DNA of 64,000 nucleotides. Source: an uncultured delta proteobacterium. Its GTDB lineage: Bacteria; Myxococcota_A; Polyangia; Polyangiales; JAFGIB01. The position numbers and the translations under genes were made by a program. Of this stretch, positions 40,601 to 50,143 are shown one piece after another. How positions within the stretch are numbered: position 1 is the stretch's first letter; each line of letters opens with the position of its first letter. The stretch is from assembly GCA_963778655.1 (NCBI GenBank), contig CAVZVA010000003.1:672001-736000 (forward strand), in the 5' to 3' direction. Under the pieces are notes generated by a model. That model did no database searches and was not told the DNA's origin. It saw only the letters and a program-made list of their open reading frames with translations.

Positions 40601-40764
40601 TGGCTTCGGTGGTGGTCGGAGGGCTGTTCACCTCGACCGGCACGACCTTGGTGATCATGCCCGCCGTCTACGGCTGGCTGCGGGGACTGTTCGACCGCAC
40701 CAAGCGAGCCCCCGCCGAGGACGGCAGCGCGAGCGAGCCGCCCGGCGCGGATCTGTCCCGGTGA
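37624..40764 (+). CDS. czcA: CusA/CzcA-family heavy-metal efflux RND permease
   Basis: DALPDIT..QV, GLGEI, NLMSLGALDFGLLVDGAVVMVE (CzcA-type), QPIQMRFNEL and GAEVQRPLA. Confidence 0.92.
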   Translation: MIIEAIVQLAARKRVLVLLATGFLASAALLSLRRIRLDALPDITSNQVLVLTSAPGYSPDEVERRVTTPIELALAGARGLRERRSLSRFGISSVTVVFEDGVPAQTARQIVMERLASVASALPEDVGQPELGPLTGGLGEIFHFTLRSPRRTPLELRELAELRVAPLLRKVPGVVEVNSWGGERRSLQVDIDMGRLSRHNLTLRDVADELGRGVSTAPGGAVPSNHGSQVLLRGLSRPLRAADVSGLRIRVPSGGSVRVSDIGSVRERGLPRLGAATQNGRGEVVYLMVQMLRDENALRVMDRLHKAMPAVRRALPPDVALDLVYDRSVLVRATLHTVAKNLLEGGVLVVAVLFAMLGSFRAGLIVAAVIPLSMLGAGVGMALFGVPGNLMSLGALDFGLLVDGAVVMVEHLFHEQVHHPPAAGESRMSWLARSASYVARPTMFSVLTILLVYMPVLSLSGVDGKMFRPMAVVVVMALSAALLLSLTYVPAAASLWLRPKDVPTAPPRLARFVERIHVPLLDRATRVPALVALLALLLLALGGYGFYRAGSELAPQLDEGDLVIQTTRAADIGLEGAVAAAEKLERAALKVPEVERIVSRIGSPTVATDIMGLEQADVFVRLKPKGQWREGLRSDALIAEIKRAIRAVDPDVELSFTQPIQMRFNELLGGAVTDVAVSVFGDDLHQLQTSAARVAARIETIPGAADVRVLAPPDVPLMDVEPNYASAAALEVTARDVLDGVEAMRAGMHAATTYDGPLAVPIVLRVPGANAPGDVARMTISNTRGGLIPLGSVARIVRRYTPSMVQRLDGQRRLMVGFNVRGAALGSVVRSAQADVQQHVTLPRGYRLEWGGQFASLSEATQRLAMVIPLVLVLIVGLMFFVFGELRPVLLLLMHIPFACVGGIAALSARGLPLSISAAIGFIALSGIAVMNGMVLLVQLQHYERSGLSPAQAASRAAHDRARPVVMTALVAAFGFVPMMLATGVGAEVQRPLASVVVGGLFTSTGTTLVIMPAVYGWLRGLFDRTKRAPAEDGSASEPPGADLSR

Positions 40765-40878
40765 GCACGGCGGGGGCGCGACCTATTTCGAAGCGAATTG
40801 TGGGGCCCAAGAGCGCGCGCTCCCGGGGCGCTCGACCGGGTGCTCTTCGCTCATGACGACAGACCGGGGATGGGCTGG

Positions 40879-41100
40879 TCAGCCCTCTCGCCTCCGGCAG
40901 TCTGCTTCGATTTCATCGGCAGTCTGACGCAAAGCGGTTGCGAGCTTGCGCAGGGCGGCGATTGGGTCAGTGGTCAGTAGCTGCACGCTGAATCCATCGC
41001 CACGATAGCCGCCACCCACGAGCACGACCGCGGCCTCCGCCTGCGCCGACTCCCGCACCAAGCCCGCGAGCTCATCGTATTTGCCAACGCCGAACGGCAT
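40879..41100 (-). CDS. Small hypothetical protein, possibly phage-derived
   Basis: Strong RBS AAGGAG before ATG. 73 aa, MPFGVGKYDELAGLVRES... Confidence 0.55.
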   Translation of the reverse strand: MPFGVGKYDELAGLVRESAQAEAAVVLVGGGYRGDGFSVQLLTTDPIAALRKLATALRQTADEIEADCRRREG

Positions 41101-41842
41101 CCGGTTCTCCTTGGTCGAAGGGTAGCAGGTCGAGCAAGAGCCCGCTCGTACCGTTTCGGTGCGATGAAGCACGCACTGCCATTCGCACCCGCTCCACGAC
41201 ATGCTCTTGCCGCGCTCGGGTGCGAGTCGACCCTCGACGGGCGCGTCCGCGCGCAGCTGCCGAGTCCGCGCAATGCCCGGACGACCGTAGTGGTCTTTGC
41301 GCCGGCCGACGTGATCGCGCACGCGTGCTGGGCAATGCGGTGGAGGCGCAAAGTCGACGGAGTGAGCGCGGCGGCGGCCGGTTGTACTGCGAATGCGACC
41401 CAAGCTTGCCGTATCCGTGCTCGTCAGCACTCCGGACGAGCTGATTGACGGTCGCGCGCGGACTGTCGCTCATGCTCTCAGCCTGCGCCCGCTGCAACAG
41501 CACCTCGGCGTACTCGCACGGGGTTGCCACTGGATCGAGCTCGAGCGCCCAGGTGCAGAGCTGCGTCCCATCGGTGACAAGACCGCAATCAGGATCTGGC
41601 TCTCGCAGCGCTCGAGCAACAGGATCATGCCCTCCCTTCGCCTGATTCCTCCATGAAATCAGCACGATCGGCCAGATCTTGGGAGAAGCGCGCGCTGCCA
41701 AAAAAAAGCCCAAGCGGTTTCAAAGATTTGCGCGACGCGCAGGGTGGAGGCTGGCTGCGCAGGTGGGTGTACAGCACGGCGGTGCGAGGAGTTGGTGATG
41801 GGTCAGCGTTCAGGTCGAGAAGCAGAAGGTCGGCCGAGGAAA

Positions 41843-42982
41843 GTGACGTCGAGCGCGCTGTTGTGCGGGCTCGCGCTCGGGGCGTTCGCATGCAGCAGCG
41901 CTCGTGACCATACCACCGGCGCCATGCTGCCGCCGGTGAACGGAGCAGGCAGCATGCCCATCCAACCCGCCAGCGCCGGTATGGGTCCGCCCGGTGCCGG
42001 ACCTGTGGCGCAGGCGGGAGCGGGCGGCTCGACCGTCCAAGGCTTGGCCGGCTCGCCCTCGGGATCCGGTGGCTCCTCTGCGGCCCCAGACAACAGCGGC
42101 ACGGCTGGCGCGAGTGGCGCCGCAGCCGCAAGTGACGGCGGCGCGCAAGAAGCGATGCCCACGCCGGCCATTGAACCCAAGCTGCCAGAGGCAAAGGGCG
42201 ACTGCCCGGACCTCAGCACAGGCTTTGTCAACATCCTTGGCTCGAATGTTCAGACCTGGACCGGCATGAGGCAAGAAGACAAGAAGGCCCCGCTGGTCAT
42301 CTACTGGCACGTGACCGGTGGCAATTCGGCGGAGATGACCACGTTCGGTTTGAACCCGGATGCGGTGCAGGAGATCACGGATGCGGGCGGTGTCATCGCC
42401 GCGCCCAACAACTCGACCGGAATGGGCAGCGATACCGGTAACGGCGTCTGGTATACAGGCGACTTCGATGTCGCCGATCAGATCGTGGCGTGCGCGATGA
42501 AGCAGTTCAACATCGACCCTAAGCGCATCTATACCGTGGGAGGGAGCGCCGGCGCGCTCCAAGCAGGCATCATGGTATACAAGCGCTCGAGCTACCTGGC
42601 TGCCTCACTACCGAATTCGGGCGGCTATACCATCGGCGGCAACATGCTCGAGGATCCAACGCACGTGCCTGCGGTGATGACCGAGCACGGGGCCGCAGGC
42701 GTCGATATGGTGATTGTGGATTTTTCGGTGCAGAGCATGGTGCTGGACGTAGACGTCGCGATGAAGGGTGGCTTTGCCATCGACTGCAATCACGGCCTAG
42801 GTCACGTGAGCGCGCCGACAGACTTGAAGGCCGCGGGTTGGCAGTTCCTGAAGGACCATCCGTTTGGTGTGTCGCCCGAGCCTTACGCGAGTGGCCTTCC
42901 CTCGACCTTTCCAACGTACTGCACGATCATCAAGGCGACCGACACGGCGCCCGATGGTTGCTGCAAGAGCTTCATGCAGTGA
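41843..42982 (+). CDS. Lipoprotein alpha/beta hydrolase (esterase/PHB-depolymerase-like)
   Basis: GAGG RBS and GTG start, lipobox AFAC, Gly/Ala linker. IDPKRIYTVGGSAG, HG...D and HGLGH. Confidence 0.8.
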   Translation: MTSSALLCGLALGAFACSSARDHTTGAMLPPVNGAGSMPIQPASAGMGPPGAGPVAQAGAGGSTVQGLAGSPSGSGGSSAAPDNSGTAGASGAAAASDGGAQEAMPTPAIEPKLPEAKGDCPDLSTGFVNILGSNVQTWTGMRQEDKKAPLVIYWHVTGGNSAEMTTFGLNPDAVQEITDAGGVIAAPNNSTGMGSDTGNGVWYTGDFDVADQIVACAMKQFNIDPKRIYTVGGSAGALQAGIMVYKRSSYLAASLPNSGGYTIGGNMLEDPTHVPAVMTEHGAAGVDMVIVDFSVQSMVLDVDVAMKGGFAIDCNHGLGHVSAPTDLKAAGWQFLKDHPFGVSPEPYASGLPSTFPTYCTIIKATDTAPDGCCKSFMQ

Positions 42983-43225
42983 GGCACGCCTGCGCGGCCA
43001 CTGCAAAGTGAGCGGTGAAACGGGGCGGCGCTCTCAGCGTCTGAGGAGCGTGCCTTCCGTCTTCAATGCCGCTTTGAGCGCCTGTTCGGTGCTCTAGGCT
43101 ATCATCGCGGCCTGCATCGGGCCAAGCGCCTGGGGCGGAGCCGTTTGGCCGCCTTCGTCAGCATCGCGCTCCGAATTAGTGGGCCGAGAATTGCGCAGCT
43201 CTCACCCGGCCGCTAGATTCGTAGA

Positions 43226-46200
43226 GTGCGCTATCGATTTGGCGAGATAGAGCTGGATGCTGCTCTGTACACCTTGAAGCGCTCCGGCCGCGCGCTGGCG
43301 CTGCAGCCAAAGGTCTTCAACGTGCTTCGCTATCTGGTCGAGCATCGCGACCGGCTGGTCTCCAAGGACGAGCTGCTCACCGCGTTGTGGGCGGGCGAGC
43401 ACGTCAACGAGTCGGCGGTGCCATGGACCATCAGCCACGCGCGCAACGCGATCGGCCAGCGTCGCGGAGAGAAGCAGCCGATCGAGACCATCCATGGCCG
43501 GGGCTATCGCTTCACGGCTCAAGTGTACGCGGCCGACTCCCCGGATTCGAGCGCTGCGGCGTGGGCGGCACCTGGCGGCCCTCCCGTGGCCGCGGTGCGC
43601 CCGTTCGTCGGTCGTGCTGCCGTCATGCAGCGGCTCGAGCAGCAGCTGGAGGAGACGCGTGGCGGCAAGGGCCGGCTGTGCCTGCTCTGCGGCGAGCCCG
43701 GAATCGGCAAGACCCGCTGCGCCGAAGAGCTCATGGCGCGCGCGCGGCGTGCGGGCTTCCGCACCTGGGTCGGACGCGCGACCGAGGGCGTCGCGGCGCC
43801 GGTGTTTTGGCCCTGGATCCAGATCCTGCGCGCAGCCGTGCGCGATCAGCCGAACCTGCGGGACGCGGGCCTGCCGCTGCTTTCGCTGCTGGTCGCGCTC
43901 GAGCCCAAGGGCCCACCTGCCGGCCGAGCCGGGCCCGAACGCGATCGAAGCGCGGATCGCTTCTGGCTGCTCGACGAAATCGCCCAGCTCCTGCTGCGCG
44001 CCGCGCGCAAGGCGCCAATCCTGCTGCTAATCGACGATCTGCAATGGGCCGACGCCGGAAGCGTGAGGCTGCTCGGCTTTCTCGCGCCCGAGCTCGCCAG
44101 CGCCCAACTGATGATCCTCGCGACCGAGCGCGACGATGGCTCGGGTGCGCCGCGCCGCATGGCGCGTCTAGCTCGCCACGCCGAGCGCATCGACTTGGCG
44201 CGCCTGATGGCGGTCGACGTCGGGCGCTACATCGCCGAGCTCAACGCGAACATCGATCCACCAGAGCAGCTCGCGCTCGCGGTGTACCGCGCGACCGCGG
44301 GCAATCCACTGTTCCTGCAAGAGACTTTGCGCGCGCTGATCGACGAGCACGGCCAGCAGGGGCTGGCCACGCTGGCTGCGACTGCGATCAAGCCGCCGGA
44401 GGTCGCTCGCGACGTGCTGCGGCACAGACTCGAGTCGCTACAGGGCGCGACCCGCGCCCTGTTGTCGCAGGCGAGCGCGCTCGGCGAGGCATTCGATCTC
44501 TCGCTCTTGCAGACCGTCTCCGGCGAGCCGCTGCCGAGCCTGCTGGAGATGGTCGAGACCGCCAGCAGCAGGGGCTTGATCGTGGCCGAGACCCCGGAGC
44601 GCTACCGCTTTTCGCACGGGCTGATCCGCTCGATTCTCCACGACGAGCTGCCGATGACCAAGCGGGTCGCGCTGCATCGGCTCGCGGCCGAGGCGCTCGA
44701 GGCGTTGCCACCGTTCGAGCCGCGACAAAGCGAAATCGCCTACCACTTCTATCACTCGCTGCCCGCCGGCGACTACGGGCGCGTCGCCGCGGCCGCACGT
44801 CGCGCCGCGGAAGCAGCCGAAGCCGTGCTCGCGCACGAGGACGCGGTGGCGTTCTACGAATGGGCGCTCGAGGCCCAGGCGCTGGATCCATCGTCCAGCC
44901 CGCGCGAGCGCGCGACACTGCTGCTCGAATGCGGGAGCGCACAACGCTTTGCAGGTCGCGACAGCAACGCTCGGGCCACGCTGGCATGTCTATTCGAGCT
45001 CGCCAGACAGCACGGCTACGGGGAGCTGCTATTGCGCGCTGCCCGGGTGCTCCGACCGACCCACGCGATGGCCGCAGTGCCCGACCCGTTCGTGCGCGGG
45101 GCGCTCGAAGAAGTGCTGCGCATCGCGCCCGAAGGGCCAGGCGAGCAACGCATCAGCGCATTGAGCCAGCTGGCTTGCGTTCCACCGTACGCCACCGACA
45201 TGCGACGCAGCAAGGAACTGAGCGGGCGCGCGCTCGATCTCGCGCGGCAGCTGGGTGAGCGAACGAGCATGTTCGAGGCACTGCGCTCGCGTCTGTATTC
45301 GCTGTCCGGTCCAGACGACATCGGTGTCCTACTCAAGGTGACCGAGGAGATCCTGGCGCTCGAGCACGACCGAGATGGCTGGATGAGCGGCGAGGCGTAC
45401 GGCGCCCGGTTCGCGGCGTTCGTGCACCGCGGAGACATTGCGGAGGCGGATCGTGCCCTCGCCGCGCTGGGCCAAACCGTACGGCTCCTCCAGCTGCCGG
45501 AGGCGATCTGGTATCACGACCGTCTGAGCGCGCAGCGCCGGCTGGTGGACGGTGACTACGCGGGCGCCGAGACTGCGTGCAACGACCTGCAAGCGCGTAG
45601 CGCTCGCATGGGGCTGAGCTACGGGAAGGCGTTCACAGAGATCATCTGCAGGACGCTGGCAGCCGAGCGCCATGGCGCACCCGCTGCCGCGGCGGGCCAC
45701 GACTTCGCGGCACTGCTGCGCAATGGCGCCGCTTTGGCGCCGACGCAGCGCGCGCACCTCGCCCGCAGTGCGGCGCGCGCGGGCCAGCGCGAGCTCGCCA
45801 AGGCCGCGCTCGATTCCATGGCAGCCCTCGGCTTCGAGCTGATCCCGAAGGACGTCACCTATCTCAACACCCTGGCTTGCCTGGCCACGGTGGCCGTCAT
45901 TCTCGAAGACCGGCCGCACGCCGAGCGCTTGTATGAGTTGCTCTCGCCCTATCCCGAACACAACACGCCCGACGGGACGCTGTTCTACGAAGGCTCGGTC
46001 TCTTACTGGCTTGCTCAGCTCGCGGAGTGCATCGGCAAGAACGAGCAGGTGGAGGCGCACTTCGAGACCGCGCTTGCCATGAATCGACGCCTCGGGAACC
46101 GACCTCAGCTGGCGCGTACCTACTTGGCATTCGGCCATTGGCTCCGCCAGCGCGAGGGCGGCGGAGCGCGCGCAGAGGAGCTCGAGCGCGCGGCCTTTCA

Positions 46201-46258
46201 GGGCGCGGCCGAGCTGGGCATGGAATGGTTGGCTCCCGGGCGACCGTTCATGCCCTAG
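43226..46258 (+). CDS. CadC/OmpR-type wHTH + AAA ATPase + TPR-like transcriptional regulator
   Basis: YRFG..ELD, L.YLVEHRDRLVSKDELL..LW and TIHGRGYRF. GEPGIGKT, IDDLQWAD and GNPLF. Confidence 0.9.
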   Translation: MRYRFGEIELDAALYTLKRSGRALALQPKVFNVLRYLVEHRDRLVSKDELLTALWAGEHVNESAVPWTISHARNAIGQRRGEKQPIETIHGRGYRFTAQVYAADSPDSSAAAWAAPGGPPVAAVRPFVGRAAVMQRLEQQLEETRGGKGRLCLLCGEPGIGKTRCAEELMARARRAGFRTWVGRATEGVAAPVFWPWIQILRAAVRDQPNLRDAGLPLLSLLVALEPKGPPAGRAGPERDRSADRFWLLDEIAQLLLRAARKAPILLLIDDLQWADAGSVRLLGFLAPELASAQLMILATERDDGSGAPRRMARLARHAERIDLARLMAVDVGRYIAELNANIDPPEQLALAVYRATAGNPLFLQETLRALIDEHGQQGLATLAATAIKPPEVARDVLRHRLESLQGATRALLSQASALGEAFDLSLLQTVSGEPLPSLLEMVETASSRGLIVAETPERYRFSHGLIRSILHDELPMTKRVALHRLAAEALEALPPFEPRQSEIAYHFYHSLPAGDYGRVAAAARRAAEAAEAVLAHEDAVAFYEWALEAQALDPSSSPRERATLLLECGSAQRFAGRDSNARATLACLFELARQHGYGELLLRAARVLRPTHAMAAVPDPFVRGALEEVLRIAPEGPGEQRISALSQLACVPPYATDMRRSKELSGRALDLARQLGERTSMFEALRSRLYSLSGPDDIGVLLKVTEEILALEHDRDGWMSGEAYGARFAAFVHRGDIAEADRALAALGQTVRLLQLPEAIWYHDRLSAQRRLVDGDYAGAETACNDLQARSARMGLSYGKAFTEIICRTLAAERHGAPAAAAGHDFAALLRNGAALAPTQRAHLARSAARAGQRELAKAALDSMAALGFELIPKDVTYLNTLACLATVAVILEDRPHAERLYELLSPYPEHNTPDGTLFYEGSVSYWLAQLAECIGKNEQVEAHFETALAMNRRLGNRPQLARTYLAFGHWLRQREGGGARAEELERAAFQGAAELGMEWLAPGRPFMP

Positions 46259-46282
46259 GATGCAGGCGATCAGCACCATCTT

Positions 46283-46375
46283 GCCGTGAGATGGTGGCGA
46301 TCATCCTGCACCACCGCACGACGAGGGAGCTTGGTGATGCACCGCGATCCACCGGTCGTCGCTCAGCTCAACCGC
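46283..46375 (+). repeat. Degenerate copy of an internal fragment of the PIN-toxin pseudogene at 58859-58955
   Basis: Near-identical DNA (GGTGGCGATCATCCTGCA...CCACCGGTCGTCGC.CAGCTCAACCGC) with small indels. Confidence 0.85.
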
Positions 46376-46513
46376 ACGCGGCGATCGTGCTCGGCAAGCG
46401 CAAGGCGCGCCGCGTGCTGGCCGCGTTGCAGCGGGTCGCTCAGAAGCGACGCGCCTGAGATCGTGCGCGAGGCGGCGGCCTGGTCGCTGCGCCGCATCGC
46501 CGATGGCGATTAG
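46376..46513 (+). pseudogene. C-terminal remnant of a HEAT-like/QueG-like protein
   Basis: AAIVLG...(frameshift)...DAPEIVREAAAWSLRRI* resembles the HEAT-like C-terminus of QueG. Confidence 0.4.
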
Positions 46514-47084
46514 CACTCCGTGCACTTCAAGGTCGCGCAACGCCCTGAGCGGGCCTACGCCGTGCGGAAGGGCGGCCGCGAAGGGATTGGGATCAGTAGT
46601 GTTGACCGACCCTGCGCGGCTCGCGCGCCATGCGTCGAGCGGTCCGGTCCGGCGCGTGCTCGAGATTCCTGTCAAGCGGGCCGCGCGCTGGTCATCAACT
46701 CGTCAAACCGCGCTGGCTCTCGTCATCCAGTCATCAGAAGTCGCCGCAGTCGCGATCGAAACCGCTTAGTTCGTAGCGCAACCGCTGCCGTCGGCATGCG
46801 GCGCGCGTGAAGCGCGGTCTGCTCGAACGGTGGGCAGGTCATCCGTTGTCGCACCAAGTTACACTGCACTGATTTGCTCACGCTCATTAGGGGATTCGCA
46901 ACGCCTGCGCTCTCGGCTAGAAACGTCTGAGGTCTTCGATTCGCAGCACGCGTCGCGCACAGCTTGCAAGTGGTGGTCTCGTGAGCCTGCGGTCGCCGTG
47001 ACGTCTTCGCTCTCGAATGGAGCGTCCGACTCGCTAAGAATCACGACGGTGTTCGTCGCTCTCCCATCAAGAAGGATGAAGTTC

Positions 47085-48497
47085 ATGATGACCAGGATGT
47101 CGATCTGTTTGCTCGTGCTATTCATGGCGGCCGCATGTGAAGGCCGAATCACCGGCGACCTAACCACGGGTGCCAAGGGAGCCACCGCGCAGCAGCTGAC
47201 GGCGCGGCGACACGCGTCTACGGGGCGAGGGTCGTTTCGCACTACCGCGGGCCGCTTGCAGGTGCGCATGCGCGCGCCGCGCAGCGATAGCATGATCGGC
47301 GCGGCCGGCCAGACTGGCGCCACCGCCATGGCTGACACGTCCGGCCAAACGGCCGGGGCTGCCGGAAGTGCGGACGCCGGTCCGGTGGGGGCGCCGGCGC
47401 CGTCGGAGACTGCTAACCCGAGCGGAGCGCAGGACCAAGCCAGCGGGGCAGCGGGCGGCGTGAGCCAAGTCGGCGGGGCCGGCCAAGGCGACGGCGTTGG
47501 GGGCGGCAACGGGACCATGGGCGGCGCGGGCGGGCCAGGCAGCGGCGGCACGACCGGCAGCGGTGGTGCGAGTGGTGGCGGTGGACAGGGCGGCAGCGGC
47601 ACGACCGGCAGCGGTGGCAGCGGCGGCACGACCGGCAGCGGTGGCACGACCGGCAGCGGCGGCACGACCGGCAGCGGCGGCACGACCGGCAGCGGCGGCA
47701 CGACCGGCAGCGCGGGCGGAAGCGCGGGCACCAGCGGCGGCGCCGCGGGCAGCGCCGACCCCGGACACTTGATCTTCACAGGCGACTTCGAGACCGGGGA
47801 CCTTTCGCAGTGGCACTACATAGAGCGCTGCCAGCCGGACCGCATCACCGTGTATTCGGCCGACAATGCACCGGCGGGCGCGCCTCCTCCGCGCGAAGGC
47901 ACCTATGCCGCGCTCTTTCACGTGCTCGACGGCGACGTGTCACCGTGCACGTCCACGGGCGACCCGCGCGCCGAGCTCGAAACGGAGGAGTCCCTGCTCC
48001 AACCGGGTGACGAGATCTGGGAAGCGTGGTCGATGTACATCCCTTCGTCGCACCCGAGCTGCGGATCGTGCTCGAAGTGGTTCGCCTTTCAGGAGGACTA
48101 CGGCAGCCCCTTCGACGGCCCCGCCTCGCTGGCCTGGTACCTCACCTTCTACGAGAACCCGAACAAGTTCAGCGTGGGGCGCGGCTCGCAATACAACGGC
48201 GACTACCCGGCGTCGACCCAGCTGCTCTTGGATCAGTGGGTGGACTTCCTGGTCCACAAGAAGCTGTCGAACAAGGACGATGGTACGGGCTTCATCGAGG
48301 CGTGGGTCAACGGCAATCCGCTCACGTTCTCGCCCTGCAAGTGCACCAAGCTCGTAATGCAAACCATGCACTCGACGCAGAAGAGCCTGGGCTTCTACCT
48401 GACGGCTTACCGCGCCAAGGGGCTGTTCAGCTCCTTCGACATCTACTACGACGGCGTTCGCATCGGCACGACGCGCGACGCCGTCGAGCTCAGATAG
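47085..48497 (+). CDS. Lipoprotein with Gly-rich linker and polysaccharide-lyase-like (jelly-roll) domain
   Basis: Lipobox AAAC. IFTGDFETGDLSQW, RAEL, W.DF..H, GFIEAWVNG and IYYDGVRIG. Confidence 0.8.
   Translation: MMTRMSICLLVLFMAAACEGRITGDLTTGAKGATAQQLTARRHASTGRGSFRTTAGRLQVRMRAPRSDSMIGAAGQTGATAMADTSGQTAGAAGSADAGPVGAPAPSETANPSGAQDQASGAAGGVSQVGGAGQGDGVGGGNGTMGGAGGPGSGGTTGSGGASGGGGQGGSGTTGSGGSGGTTGSGGTTGSGGTTGSGGTTGSGGTTGSAGGSAGTSGGAAGSADPGHLIFTGDFETGDLSQWHYIERCQPDRITVYSADNAPAGAPPPREGTYAALFHVLDGDVSPCTSTGDPRAELETEESLLQPGDEIWEAWSMYIPSSHPSCGSCSKWFAFQEDYGSPFDGPASLAWYLTFYENPNKFSVGRGSQYNGDYPASTQLLLDQWVDFLVHKKLSNKDDGTGFIEAWVNGNPLTFSPCKCTKLVMQTMHSTQKSLGFYLTAYRAKGLFSSFDIYYDGVRIGTTRDAVELR
47622..47711 (+). 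repeat. Five tandem 18-bp coding repeats (GGTTGS)
   Basis: GGYGGCACGACCGGCAGC x5, in frame. Confidence 0.9.
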
Positions 48498-48616
48498 CCG
48501 CACACCGATGGCCGTCAGGTGGGCGCGCGGCCCGCGCCGGTGCGAGGCGCAACCTTCGCAAATGACGGCCACACCCCAACAGCAAGGTCTGGCTCTCGTA
48601 CTGATCACCACGCGCT

Positions 48617-48669
48617 GGGCGGCACGCCGGCCTTGCGGCCCCTCCCCGGCGGAGCAAATCCGCCGGGGC
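48617..48669. repeat. REP-like palindromic dispersed repeat, copy 2
   Basis: Inverted match to 23723-23776. Confidence 0.75.
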
Positions 48670-49024
48670 TCCTCCCCCCACGCGGGGCCGCGTTCCGTGG
48701 CAAGCACGTCGTGACCTGGGTCTCGACCGGGTTGGCTGACACCGGCGCGTCAGAAAAGCAAAACCGGCGCTGACTCGTGCCAGCGCCGGTTTACATGTCA
48801 TCGGATTCGCGCGTGCCGCGCTGGCGACTGATCCGGGCAGCGTTGCCCGATCGCCTGCTAGAGCACCGAATATATTGAAACACGCACGATTTCGGGGCCC
48901 GCGCGGGCGCATGGCACGCGCGCTCCCCGCACGACGTAGGATGGACTACGCCTTCGGGCTCCCGCCCGCACCCTGCATCCCGCCATGACCCCGACTTCGC
49001 ACACGTTTCAATCTGTTGGGTGCT

Positions 49025-50143
49025 CTAGTGGATGGTGGTGGCGTCCGCCATGATCGAGAGCAGCAACGGACGCCAGCGCTCGTCGCCCTCGAGGAACACC
49101 TTTTGGAACGCGAGGCCAGCTTCACCGGACGCGCCGCCACCCGAGCTCGGTTGGCCTGCGTGGCCGCTATTGATCGTCACTTCCATCTTGGGCACGGTGT
49201 CGGGGATGCTGTCGTAGGAGGCGACTCCCATCGTGCCGGCAAGCGTGTCCGCCGAGCCAAAGATGTACAGGCTAGGGACCGTGATTCCCATGGTTACTGG
49301 AGTCCAGGCCATGATGGAAACGTTGGTACGTAGGGTCGGATCCGCGGCTGCCGAGAAGGTCGTTCCGCCGCCGCCCATCGAGAACCCGGAGGTGCCGTAG
49401 CGACCCGACAGCTTGCCGAACAGCGGGCTGCTGCTGGTCGTGTTCTCAGTTTTGTACGCCGCGATTGCGGCCGTCAGCTTGTCACCGCGCGTCACCGGTT
49501 GATCACCGGCTCCCGTGTCGATGATCATCGCCACGATGCCCCACGAGGCATAGAGCGGGCCCCATTCGCCGGTCTGCGAAAGGCCGCATCCGCCCGAGCC
49601 ACCGAAGCCATCCGAGATCGCCACCGCGGCAAACGGCGGGTCGGCGTCGGTCGGGTAGAACACGCAGCCGGCCCCTGCCAGGGGGTAGCTCATGGTGTTG
49701 AACGGCCCTGCCGCCGAGGTCACGGCGGACGGCACGTCGCCGTGGCAAAGGCAGTCTCCAGTTGGGCAACAGGTTCCGGTGCCCGTCATCATGCCGCTGT
49801 CGGGCGTGGTCATCCCGGCGTCGGGCGCGCTCATGCCAGCGGTCCCGCTGTCGCTTGCTCCGCCACTGCCGCCTGCTCCACCGCTGCCGCCCGCTCCGCC
49901 GCTGCTGGCCATCGGCATTGCACCGGCTACGCCGTTGCTGCCGCCGGTCCCCGTGGTCGGGGGCGTGCTCATCATGCCGCCGGTGGTGCCACCGGTCGCC
50001 GGCTGTGACGTCACGCCACCCGTGCCGCCGATGGCGGGCAGGCCGCCCGTACCCTGCTGCCCCCCCGATCCTTTCGCGCTGCAGCCAGTGCCGAGCGCCA
50101 ACGCCAGGAACCAAACTGCTACCCACAAATAGTCGTTCTTCAT
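49025..50143 (-). CDS. Lipoprotein cutinase/PETase-like alpha/beta hydrolase
   Basis: AAGGAG RBS, lipobox GTGC. WGPLYASWGIV..IDT, GFSMGGGG, GSADTLA, NSGH and FQKVFLEGDERW. Confidence 0.85.
   Translation of the reverse strand: MKNDYLWVAVWFLALALGTGCSAKGSGGQQGTGGLPAIGGTGGVTSQPATGGTTGGMMSTPPTTGTGGSNGVAGAMPMASSGGAGGSGGAGGSGGASDSGTAGMSAPDAGMTTPDSGMMTGTGTCCPTGDCLCHGDVPSAVTSAAGPFNTMSYPLAGAGCVFYPTDADPPFAAVAISDGFGGSGGCGLSQTGEWGPLYASWGIVAMIIDTGAGDQPVTRGDKLTAAIAAYKTENTTSSSPLFGKLSGRYGTSGFSMGGGGTTFSAAADPTLRTNVSIMAWTPVTMGITVPSLYIFGSADTLAGTMGVASYDSIPDTVPKMEVTINSGHAGQPSSGGGASGEAGLAFQKVFLEGDERWRPLLLSIMADATTIH

Noticed and set aside
35158..40764. Czc-type efflux operon as a novel system
   Set aside because: Ordinary TolC-MFP-CzcA architecture with canonical motifs.
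41741..41752. GGTGGAGGC as a tmRNA/tRNA att remnant
   Set aside because: Match too short, with no T-loop sequence following.
47622..47711. Tandem repeat as a possible CRISPR array
   Set aside because: No spacers, it is an in-frame coding linker, and no cas genes are present.
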